The position numbers were made by a program, and so were the translations under genes. The notes under the pieces were generated by a model. That model saw nothing but the letters and a program-made list of their open reading frames with translations. It was not told the DNA's origin and made no database searches. Shown in pieces: positions 25,322 through 33,650 of a stretch of 33,718 nt of DNA (positions are counted from its first letter, which is position 1; each line of letters starts with the position of its first letter). The stretch spans positions 1-33,718 of the forward strand of contig CAZCNG010000003.1 in assembly GCA_964500045.1 (NCBI GenBank), given 5' to 3'. The stretch comes from an uncultured Methanomassiliicoccaceae archaeon. Its GTDB lineage: Archaea; Thermoplasmatota; Thermoplasmata; Methanomassiliicoccales; UBA472.

Positions 25322-26143
25322 ATGAAGGTCAGCATCATCGGGTATGGCAACATCGGCAGCACTTTGGCCGAGGCATTGCTGGAGCAGAAGGCGCTTCGTC
25401 CGGAGCACCTGATCGTGGCCAATCGCACCCCGGAGAAGACCGCCTCCCTCCTTTCCAAGTACCCAGGGGTTTCCTGCGCGGACAATGCGCGGGCAGCGGC
25501 CTGGGGCGACATCGTCTTCCTGTGCGTGCGTACGCCGCAGGTGCTTCCGGTGCTGCGCGAGATCACGCCCTGCATGAGCGAAGAACAGCACCTGGTCATC
25601 ACCAACGGAGGCGTCCGTCTGGAGAACGTGGCCTCCGTTTTCAGCGGCGCCGTGAGCAAGCTGGTGCCCTCCATCGCCATGCGCTCCGGGCGCGGGGTAT
25701 CTCTTCTATGCCACGAGCAGAAGGTCGGCAGTGACGCACGCTCCCGCCTGGAAGGGTTGTTGGCCCACCTGGGCATGGTGTGCCCGGTGCAGCAGGACCA
25801 GTTCGAGGTGGCGGCGGACCTGACGAGCTGCGCTCCGGCCCTCTGGGCGGCGTTGGCGCAGCATTTCGCGGATGCGGGTTGCAGGCACTCGGACCTGAGT
25901 CCGGCGGATGCCTATCTCATGGTCACGGAGACGCTCCTGGCGAGCGCCTCCTTGTTGCGGGACGGCGGGGTGCTTCCCGATCAAATGAGAGAGCTGGTGG
26001 CAACTCCGGGAGGCATCACCGAGCAGGGACTGATGGTCCTCGACCGGAAGATGCCCGACGTCTTCGACGAACTGCTGGTAGCCACCACAGCGAAGCACGA
26101 GGAGACGAAATCGAAGGTGCGTCAGCAGTTCGAATCTCCATAG
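25322..26143 (+). CDS. proC: pyrroline-5-carboxylate reductase
   Basis: ATG at 25322. MKVSIIGYGNIGSTLAEAL is a Rossmann motif, and the C-terminal block LVATPGGITEQGLMVL is the P5CR signature. The stop is TAG. Confidence 0.85.
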   Translation: MKVSIIGYGNIGSTLAEALLEQKALRPEHLIVANRTPEKTASLLSKYPGVSCADNARAAAWGDIVFLCVRTPQVLPVLREITPCMSEEQHLVITNGGVRLENVASVFSGAVSKLVPSIAMRSGRGVSLLCHEQKVGSDARSRLEGLLAHLGMVCPVQQDQFEVAADLTSCAPALWAALAQHFADAGCRHSDLSPADAYLMVTETLLASASLLRDGGVLPDQMRELVATPGGITEQGLMVLDRKMPDVFDELLVATTAKHEETKSKVRQQFESP

Positions 26144-26386
26144 AATGATCCCTGATACGGACCGGTCACGGGCCCACCCATGTATTCCTTGGAACGGGGG
26201 GAAAGACATTGGTGGCACTGCATCTTCGTGCCGCACGGGGGTTTGCTCTTCTTGGGCCGGCCCAGCAGGACCGGGCCCGATCCTCCATCTAGTCTCCCTG
26301 CTGCCGATCGTCTTCCTGGATCACTTTCGGCCAGCAGGGAAAGATATTTCGCATGGTGGCATCATCGTGATATCCGGTAGGATGCG

Positions 26387-27013
26387 ATGACACAGAGCTT
26401 GCACGTCCTTATCGGCCTGCTGTTGGAGGGCGACCAAATGAAGGCCGCCGCCGAGGCACATCGTCTGCTCGATGCTGGAGTGGATAGGGAAAGGATCGTC
26501 ACGAGCGGCATCGAGGAGGCCATGAAGCAGCTGGACTCCAAGTGCACACTTGAGGAATTCAACCTGCTGGAGATAATGCTGGCAGGACGGGCGGCCACCG
26601 AGGTGCTGCGGGTCCTATTCCCCCGGGGCGATCACACGGCCCACAAGGGCGTGGTGGTATTGGGCACTCCCAAGGGGGACGTGCACGACCTGGGCAAGAA
26701 CATCGTCAAGAGCATCCTCGTCTCCTCTGGCTACCGCGTGATCGACTGTGGCAAAGATGTGCCGCCGGAGCGGCTAGTGGAGGCGGCCGAGCGAGAGAAG
26801 GCCATGGCCATTGGCGTTAGCGGCCTGGTGACCACGACCTTGTTGCCTGTGCGGCAGCTGCGGCCGATGCTAGCGGGGAGAGGCGTGCAATGTCTCCTGC
26901 TGGCCGGGGGAGCCGCCCTGGCACTTTCCAGCGAAGAAAGACTCGATGTTGACCACGTGGCTCGGGACGCTTTTGAAGGTGTCCACTTCCTGAATCAGAG
27001 GCTGGGCCAATGA
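26387..27013 (+). CDS. corrinoid (B12-binding) methyl-carrier protein, MtaC/MtbC/MtsB-like
   Basis: An N-terminal helical cap is followed by a Rossmann B12-binding domain. It has D-x-H-x-x-G (GDVHDLGKN), S-x-L (VSGLVTTTL) and GG (LLLAGGAA). Confidence 0.88.
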   Translation: MTQSLHVLIGLLLEGDQMKAAAEAHRLLDAGVDRERIVTSGIEEAMKQLDSKCTLEEFNLLEIMLAGRAATEVLRVLFPRGDHTAHKGVVVLGTPKGDVHDLGKNIVKSILVSSGYRVIDCGKDVPPERLVEAAEREKAMAIGVSGLVTTTLLPVRQLRPMLAGRGVQCLLLAGGAALALSSEERLDVDHVARDAFEGVHFLNQRLGQ

Positions 27014-28023
27014 ACTCCCTGCAGCGTATTCTATCCACGGCGGCGTTGGAAAGGCCGGACCGCCCTGCGGTGGCACCGCAGTTGTTCGGATTTGCTGCGC
27101 AACAGCTCGGCGTCGATCTTGGTCGCTATGTGCGGGAAGGCAAGGTAATGGCGCGCTGCCAGTTGAAAGCACGAGAGCGCTTCGGAACGGACATGCTGTT
27201 CGCCATCAGCGATGTCGGCGTGGAAACGGAGGCCACTGGCTCGGAGTTGATCTATCATGATCATGACTATCCCACCGTGGGGGAGTATGCAATCCATTCG
27301 GCCGCGGGAGTGGAGGGACTGGGGGTGCCGACGCCGGAACGGGATGGGCGCATGCCGGAGATCCTAACCGCCATCAAGACGATGCGAGCGGCCGTGAAGG
27401 ACACCTGTCCTGTGGTGGGGTGTGTGCTCGGCCCGATGACATTGGCCGCGCAGTTGATGGGCCCGGAGAATGTCCTCTTCCTATCCCATGACGAACCGGA
27501 GGCCTTCGAGGCGCTTCTGCACCAAGCCACCGCCATCGTCCAGGCGTACGGCGCGGCGCAGGTCGAAGCAGGTGCCCACGTGGTGTTGGTATTCGATCCG
27601 GCCGCCTCGCCCACGGTGTTCCCCAAGGCCACCTTCATCCGCTATGAGCAGAATCTGCTGGCCACCATCTTCAGTTCTCTGGGTCGGGCGGGCGCCCCCT
27701 TGAAATGGCTGCACATAGCCGGTCCGATCGCCCCCATCATGGAACACATGCGAGAGATCGGCGTGCAGATACTGTCCATCGACCAAAGCATCCCATCGTA
27801 TGAGGTGCAGGAGCACATGCCCAAGGTGTGCGTGGTGGGCAACATAAACTGCCTGAGCCTCCTGCAGGAAGAACCGTCTCTGATCAAGGCAGACTGCGAT
27901 CGTTTGTTGGAGGAGTACAGTCAGCGGGGAGGTCTCATTCTGTCCTCGGCCTGCGAGGTGCCTCCAATGACGCCGTCGGCCAATATCATGGCGATGGTCC
28001 GCGCGGCCAAGGATTGGAAGTGA
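27010..28023 (+). CDS. uroporphyrinogen-decarboxylase-family (URO-D/MtaA-like) methyltransferase
   Basis: The ATG overlaps the upstream stop (ATGA). Typical family N-terminus: RILSTAALERPDRPAVAPQLFGFAAQQLGVDLGRYV...QLKARERFGTDML. 337 aa, a typical size. The H-x-C zinc motif is absent (see findings). Confidence 0.85.
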   Translation: MNSLQRILSTAALERPDRPAVAPQLFGFAAQQLGVDLGRYVREGKVMARCQLKARERFGTDMLFAISDVGVETEATGSELIYHDHDYPTVGEYAIHSAAGVEGLGVPTPERDGRMPEILTAIKTMRAAVKDTCPVVGCVLGPMTLAAQLMGPENVLFLSHDEPEAFEALLHQATAIVQAYGAAQVEAGAHVVLVFDPAASPTVFPKATFIRYEQNLLATIFSSLGRAGAPLKWLHIAGPIAPIMEHMREIGVQILSIDQSIPSYEVQEHMPKVCVVGNINCLSLLQEEPSLIKADCDRLLEEYSQRGGLILSSACEVPPMTPSANIMAMVRAAKDWK

Positions 28024-28027
28024 ATTG

Positions 28028-30832
28028 ATGGTGAATGTCCGGGCCCGCCAGGGCGAGATCCAGGTACAGGTGTCGATCGAGGCTGGCTGCTTCATTCTCG
28101 AAGCATTACGGGGCACACCGCTGGAGGTGCGTTCCGGCTGCAACGGCAACGGCTCGTGCGGCATTTGCCAGGTGAGAGTTGTTCAAGGTCACATGTCGCC
28201 GCCGAGCCTGCCGGAGATGCTGCAGATCCCCAAGGCCGAATTGGACAAGGGACGCAGACTTGCCTGCCAGGCGCGCATACTGGGCGACGTGGAGCTGGAG
28301 CTCATTAGCGGACGGGAGACCGTGGGATGGAAGCTGCTACCGCGGGAAGAGGACCGGTTGGACCTGACCCGCAAGACCGCGTTGGGGCGCAGCTACACCT
28401 CCGCCCTCTGCATCGACATCGGCACCTCCAGGCTGCGCCTGAGCCTTACGGACCTCGGCTCGCACGCTCGTCTGGCCGGTGCCAGTGGGCCTAACCCTCT
28501 GCCGGGGAGCGACGTGATCTCACGCCTCGACGCGGCCTCGCTAGGGGAAGGCGAAGAGGAATCATACCAGCTGCGACAGGCGATCGCAGAAGGCCTATCC
28601 TTCTTGCACGTCGTGGCTGGTGTGGACCTGAATGCTGTAAGAAAGATCATTGTGGTGGGCAACAGTGCCATGCAGTCCCTGTTGCGGGGAACGGGCCACG
28701 CCCTCATCCTCGACCCCGCCTCCTGGTCAAAGCGGGCGCCGCGAGATACGATCCTTCTCCCCGATTTCGGAAGGGACATCGGACTCGGAGATGTCGAAGC
28801 GGAAGTGATCCCCCCGCTGGGCGGCTTCATCGGTTCTGACCTCCTTGCAGGGATGCTGGCCTGCGATCTTGATGGCGGAGAAACGTCGCTCCTGGTGGAT
28901 TTCGGCGCCAATACCGAGATCGCCCTATGGACCGGCGAGAAGATGATGGCCGTATCCGTCGCCGGCGGCCCGGCCTTTGAAGGGTGGGGCATTGGTTGCG
29001 GCATGGCGGCCTATCCTGGCGCGGTCTTCCGCGTGCAGGCGCTGGGCGACGGAAAGGTCGACCTGGGCATCATCGGGGGCGGTCCTCCCTCGGGGCTGTG
29101 CGGCTCGGGGCTGGTGGATACCTTGGCCCTGTTCGTGGGGCGCGGCATGGTCGATGAGGTCGGTCGTATCCAAGGGGAGACGGCCATCATCGATCCGAAC
29201 TGGGGGTTGCATCTCACCAAGGCGGATATCGACGTGCTACAAAGGGCCAAGGCCGCCGTGGCCGCATCGATCATGTACCTGCTGCAGAAGGCGGGGATCG
29301 GGGCGGATAGGATCGTCAAGGTGTACGTGGCCGGGACCTTGGGTCGGTATCTCGACATTCCCAATGCGGTCTACATAGGTCTGCTGCCCCCCTTGCCGGT
29401 CAGCCGCTTCGAGCAGATCGAGAACGCGGCGCTATTGGGCGCCGAACTGTGTGCCCTCGACGACAAGAAGAGGGCGCGCCTGGAGGCCTGGGGCGCAAGC
29501 ACCGAGATGCACAACCTGGCCGCCGCCCCGGGATTCGAGGACCTCTTCATCGATTCATTACATCTGCGTCCGTGGCCGGGGCGGACGATCTACTCTTCGT
29601 TCCGGGACCTCGGGCGTCCCGAAGAGAATTTCGTGCGGGCGGCGCAGTACATTTCCGATATGCGGCTGGAGGGTGACAACCAGGAGAAGCTGGGAATGAT
29701 GATCGCGCGTCTCTTCGACGCGGACCTGATCGCCTTCGTCGAACACCGCGATGACATTCTGGTCCTGCGCGAGATCGACAACCGTTCTCTTGCCTGCCGT
29801 TCCTGTCCGCATGAGGAGCTCATCCTCCGGGAGGCCAGAGTGGTAATGGAGAGCGGATTCGCGTCCACCATAGGGCCGACGCCGGACCGGGTCTCCTCCA
29901 TCGCGCTGCTGCCGATGCAGGTGGAGGAGCGTACCGTGGTCATGGTCATCGGCCACGATATCCCGGAGCAGATGCCCCGGCAGCGGTTGGACGTCTATCT
30001 GGCACTCTCCAAGAGCGCGGGGGGCATCCTCACCCGCCTGGAACAGGAGCGGGAACTGATCGGTCACCGCACCCGGCTATCCAAGCTCGTTGAGGAACGC
30101 ACCATGCAGGTCGAGGAGGTCAATGCCAAGTTGCGCCAGGAGGTGGAGATGCGCGCCCGTGACGAAGAGGCGATCCGCCTCGCGAACAATAAGCTGAACC
30201 TCCTCTCCAGCATGACAAGGCACGACATCATCAATCAGGTCACGGCGGTGCTTGGATACGTGCACCTCATGGAAACGAAAGGGTTACCACCGGAGAAGAT
30301 GATGCGCTACCTGGGCAAGATAGAGAGCATCACCGCTACGATCCAGAGGCTCATCGAATTCACGCGCGACTACCAGGACCTGGGCGTGCACGGGCCGACC
30401 TGGCAGCAGATCGATGAGGACTTCTGGAGGGCGGCGGCGTCCTTCCGCGATAGCGGCCTCACCTTCACCTCCGGCACCGAGGGGTTGGAGATCTTCTCGG
30501 ACCAGATGCTCAACAAGGTCTTCCATAACCTGATCGACAACACCATTCGCCACGGTGGGGGAGCGCGGCAGGCGAGCCTTTCCTATGTGATGGACGGAGA
30601 AGAGCTCCTGCTCCACTACCGCGATGACGGGGTAGGTATCTCCCCGGACCAGAAGGCATTGATCTTCGAAAGGGGCTTCGGCAAGAACACGGGCCTGGGA
30701 CTGTTCCTGGTGCGCGAGATCCTCTCCATCACTGGCATCCGCATCGTTGAGGTCGGAACGCCCGGGAACGGCGCCGATTTTGCCATGCATGTGCCAAAAG
30801 GCAGCTTCCGGCTGCGCTCGGGGAAGGGATGA
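28028..30832 (+). CDS. fusion protein: [2Fe-2S] ferredoxin + RACo/RamA-type ASKHA corrinoid reductive-activase domain (COG3894/DUF4445-like) + GAF-like domain + histidine kinase
   Basis: N-terminus: SGCNGNGSCGICQV...LACQA, a plant-type 2Fe-2S Cys pattern. Activase blocks: LCIDIGTSRLR, GSDVISRL, VVGNSAMQSLL, VDFGANTEIALW, VAGGPAFEGWGIGCGMAAYPGAVF and GLCGSGLVD. After about aa 520 comes a sensor-like region and coiled coil. The kinase has H-box LLSSMTRHDIINQV (His codon 30221-30223), N-box FHNLIDNTIRHGG, G1 DDGVGI and G2 GLGLFLVREI. Confidence 0.85.
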   Translation: MVNVRARQGEIQVQVSIEAGCFILEALRGTPLEVRSGCNGNGSCGICQVRVVQGHMSPPSLPEMLQIPKAELDKGRRLACQARILGDVELELISGRETVGWKLLPREEDRLDLTRKTALGRSYTSALCIDIGTSRLRLSLTDLGSHARLAGASGPNPLPGSDVISRLDAASLGEGEEESYQLRQAIAEGLSFLHVVAGVDLNAVRKIIVVGNSAMQSLLRGTGHALILDPASWSKRAPRDTILLPDFGRDIGLGDVEAEVIPPLGGFIGSDLLAGMLACDLDGGETSLLVDFGANTEIALWTGEKMMAVSVAGGPAFEGWGIGCGMAAYPGAVFRVQALGDGKVDLGIIGGGPPSGLCGSGLVDTLALFVGRGMVDEVGRIQGETAIIDPNWGLHLTKADIDVLQRAKAAVAASIMYLLQKAGIGADRIVKVYVAGTLGRYLDIPNAVYIGLLPPLPVSRFEQIENAALLGAELCALDDKKRARLEAWGASTEMHNLAAAPGFEDLFIDSLHLRPWPGRTIYSSFRDLGRPEENFVRAAQYISDMRLEGDNQEKLGMMIARLFDADLIAFVEHRDDILVLREIDNRSLACRSCPHEELILREARVVMESGFASTIGPTPDRVSSIALLPMQVEERTVVMVIGHDIPEQMPRQRLDVYLALSKSAGGILTRLEQERELIGHRTRLSKLVEERTMQVEEVNAKLRQEVEMRARDEEAIRLANNKLNLLSSMTRHDIINQVTAVLGYVHLMETKGLPPEKMMRYLGKIESITATIQRLIEFTRDYQDLGVHGPTWQQIDEDFWRAAASFRDSGLTFTSGTEGLEIFSDQMLNKVFHNLIDNTIRHGGGARQASLSYVMDGEELLLHYRDDGVGISPDQKALIFERGFGKNTGLGLFLVREILSITGIRIVEVGTPGNGADFAMHVPKGSFRLRSGKG

Positions 30833-31881
30833 TGAGATGTGCGGTCGTCGTGCACGGACCGGAGGCGGTGGACACCGGTCTGGCCCTCCGCGTGCTCGAG
30901 TTGTTGGAATCTGAATATGATGTCCGTGCCGTGATGAGCGGCTACACCGGCGTGGCGGCGGTCGTGGATGCCGGTCTGCAGGGTCGCATCGACATCCGCG
31001 AGCATCACGTGCCCTCGGTGACGCTAAGGCGCCTGGCGCCGGAGGTGGAACTGCTCGTCCTGGTGAACAGCGCCAAGGATGAGGGCAGCGCTCTGCGCTT
31101 TGGAAGTATCGTGAGCAGTCGCTGCGCGGATATCCTGGTGCCGCTGGTGCAGGTCGATGCCCTGATGGTGCTGCCCTGGAACGATGCCCTGCGGCAGGCG
31201 CTCCAGCTCGCGGACGCCCTGGGGATACCGCTCATGGTGCCGACCCGCACTCCTGACGAAGAGGAGGAGGGATGGCGCCGTCTCGGCGGCGTCCATCCGG
31301 GCGAGAATGTCTGGATCAACGGCGTGGTGGTTGGCAAGGCCACCTCCGAGGACGTCCGTATCCACTGCGAAGAGGGTCGGCTGCAGGCGCACGGCATCGC
31401 TTTGAAGGAAACGGGCGTACGCAGGCTAGGTGCGTTCGTTGCGGCCACAGCGCACATCCGCAGCGGGGTGACCCGACGCACGGCCGCGATCCCGCGCCAG
31501 ATTCCTTCAGTCGGCGGAGAGGAAGGCCGTCTCATCGATCATTCCGCCGAGGAGGCGATCACCACCTGCCGCGATGCCGCCTATGTGGTGACGATCGGGG
31601 ATGACACCGGCCGGGCGGCCGCGGCGCTGCTCTTCCGCTTTGGCGTGAGGGTGCTAGCCATCACCGACGGGGACGAGGACGGCATCTGCCCGGAGGTCCT
31701 CTCCACCACGGGTTCGATGGAACTGCGCATGATGCCCGGTACTGATGACATCGTCGGGGCTGAGGTGAGGCAGAAGTTGTTCTCCCAGGGGGCCACCTCC
31801 CTTCGCTTCGGCGAGATGGTCGATGCGATAGTTTGCATTGCAGGCGACCGCCTCCTCTGGAAAAGTGAACGAAAGGATTAA
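30829..31881 (+). CDS. conserved archaeal hypothetical protein (DUF2117-like by recollection; acidic ITDGDEDG motif)
   Basis: The ATG overlaps the kinase stop (ATGA). Two-lobed 350-aa protein. The C-terminal lobe has AAYVVTIGDDTGRAAAALLFRFGVRVLAITDGDEDGI, an acidic metal-binding-looking motif. The family assignment is from memory only. Confidence 0.6.
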   Translation: MMRCAVVVHGPEAVDTGLALRVLELLESEYDVRAVMSGYTGVAAVVDAGLQGRIDIREHHVPSVTLRRLAPEVELLVLVNSAKDEGSALRFGSIVSSRCADILVPLVQVDALMVLPWNDALRQALQLADALGIPLMVPTRTPDEEEEGWRRLGGVHPGENVWINGVVVGKATSEDVRIHCEEGRLQAHGIALKETGVRRLGAFVAATAHIRSGVTRRTAAIPRQIPSVGGEEGRLIDHSAEEAITTCRDAAYVVTIGDDTGRAAAALLFRFGVRVLAITDGDEDGICPEVLSTTGSMELRMMPGTDDIVGAEVRQKLFSQGATSLRFGEMVDAIVCIAGDRLLWKSERKD

Positions 31882-32005
31882 CTGTCATGGACTGGAACTG
31901 CCCCTGCATGGCGGGGAGCATGTCGGCGGCCATGGCTCGGCCCGTTGCATTGTTCATTCCCGCCACGGGGAAGTCAGATGGTCACGGTGGCTGTGGGGCG
32001 CTCCC

Positions 32006-32911
32006 TTGAGCGAAGCAGCACCTCCGCGCTGGCGCGAGCTCCTTACCTTGGGGCGGGCCTTCATGCTGCTGCCCGGTCTGCTCCTCTATGCGCTGGGTTG
32101 GGAGGTAGCCCTGGCCCTGGGCCAGGTCTGGGACCCGCTCCGTTTCCTGTTCGGCTACGCGGCCTTTCTCCTTCCTCATCTCAGTGTCTCCTACAGTGAT
32201 GACTACTTCGACATGAAGGGGGACCGCTTGGGAAACCCGGCCGGGATCAGCGGCGGGAGCGGGGTGCTGGTGCGTTCGCCGCAGTTGGCGCCGCTGGCAC
32301 TGCTTTTGGCCAAGGCGCTGTTGGCCGGGGGGATGCTGTTGGCGGTCCTCTTCGTGATCGCGTTCCCGTCCTCCTGGATCATGCTACCGGTGTTCATATT
32401 CGGAGGTTTGCTAGGTTGGTACTATTCCGCACCGCCGCTCCGGCTGACGGGAAGGGGTTTGAGCGAGGTCGCCACCGTGGTGGGGGTGGGGGTGATCATG
32501 CCCATGGCCGGCTATCTATGCTCTGGAGCCGTCCTGGTGCCAGGCATGGTCCTGCTGCTCCTGCCTTTGATGTGTTTTGCCCTCTGCTTCATCCTTTCCG
32601 TGGAGATGCCGGACGCGGAGGCGGACCAGGCGAGTGGAAAGAACAGTTTCATCTCCCAGCATGGTTTGGAGGCAGGATCGCAGGTCGCGGCGTTGGCCGC
32701 ATTGTTGGGAACGATCTCCCTCCTCTTGCTCGGACAGATCGGATCGTTCCTTCCGATCGCTATGACTCGACTGGGGCTGCTGTCCCTCATCCCTGCGCTT
32801 ATCTTTGTCATTCTTGCCCTGCGACATCCGCGGGCGGCGTCCCGGGCCAAGGCCGGAGCGGCCGCGCTCGTCCTGCTGCTTGCCCTGGCGATGGCCGCCC
32901 TGCTGTTGTGA
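32006..32911 (+). CDS. UbiA-superfamily aromatic prenyltransferase (MenA-like motifs)
   Basis: Polytopic protein with the first Asp-rich motif DDYFDMKGD and the second DAEADQASGKNSF. The start is uncertain: the ORF opens at TTG 31838 (overlapping the upstream gene), and candidates are TTG 32006 or ATG 32063. Confidence 0.7.
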   Translation: MSEAAPPRWRELLTLGRAFMLLPGLLLYALGWEVALALGQVWDPLRFLFGYAAFLLPHLSVSYSDDYFDMKGDRLGNPAGISGGSGVLVRSPQLAPLALLLAKALLAGGMLLAVLFVIAFPSSWIMLPVFIFGGLLGWYYSAPPLRLTGRGLSEVATVVGVGVIMPMAGYLCSGAVLVPGMVLLLLPLMCFALCFILSVEMPDAEADQASGKNSFISQHGLEAGSQVAALAALLGTISLLLLGQIGSFLPIAMTRLGLLSLIPALIFVILALRHPRAASRAKAGAAALVLLLALAMAALLL

Positions 32912-32975
32912 CGGCGCACACGGCCCTTGGAAAAACTCCAAATAGGGAACTGGATGCATCAGGGGCAGGGAGCAA

Positions 32976-33449
32976 ATGAAGGCATACATCGCCGTCGATT
33001 CATACTACGGCTGCACCAGGGCGGTCGCCAACGCGGTCGCCGAGGAACTGAGGGTCCTGGGCCTAGAGACGACCGTGGTATTCCTCAAGAGCAAGCCCTG
33101 GCCGGTGGCGGAGGGAGATATCCTCTTCATAGGATCGCCTACGCGCTGGGGCAATATGACCCGCCGCGCCAAGAAGTTCGTCACCAAGCTGGATGCGGAA
33201 GCGTGGAAGGGCAAACCGGTCTTCACCTTCGACACGGTGGCGCAGGCTCCCACCGATCCGATGAGGCAGGCAAAGGCGCAGAGGTGGACCGCGCATGGCG
33301 CGGCGCACAAGCTCAAGGAGATGCTGGAGGCCAAAGGCATCGGGGTCCGTCCTGAGATGTTGCGAGCTGATGTCATCGGATTGAAGGGACCTCTGGCCCC
33401 AGACGCATTGGACAAGGTCAAGGTATTCACACGGGACCTCAAGTTTTGA
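32976..33449 (+). CDS. flavodoxin-family protein (paralogue type of 6395-6850)
   Basis: MKAYIAVDSYYGCTRAVA contains S-x-x-G-x-T, followed by DILFIGSPTRWGN and KPVFTFDT. The layout matches the other flavodoxin in the window. Confidence 0.8.
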   Translation: MKAYIAVDSYYGCTRAVANAVAEELRVLGLETTVVFLKSKPWPVAEGDILFIGSPTRWGNMTRRAKKFVTKLDAEAWKGKPVFTFDTVAQAPTDPMRQAKAQRWTAHGAAHKLKEMLEAKGIGVRPEMLRADVIGLKGPLAPDALDKVKVFTRDLKF

Positions 33450-33650
33450 GAAGGCATCGATGGTGCCGGATCTCATACCGGCCCGCCCTCAAGAGGACAT
33501 TCAGAGGGCGACATCCTCGCTTTTGCGGCGCCCACCAGGTCGCTGAAGAAACCCAATCGCCTTCACCAGTCAGTTCTATGACAACCTACTAAATATTGAT
33601 ACATGATAGCTCTCGGCACGCCTCGCAGAGGTGTTCGGAGTGTTCAAATC

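Noticed and set aside
26144-26386. Possible cobalamin riboswitch or terminator structures upstream of the corrinoid operon
   Set aside because: Only imperfect GC hairpins (for example gggccgg...ccgggccc around 26254-26278) and an AGGGAA element are present. I could not find a B12-box-like core, and riboswitches of this class are not established in archaea.
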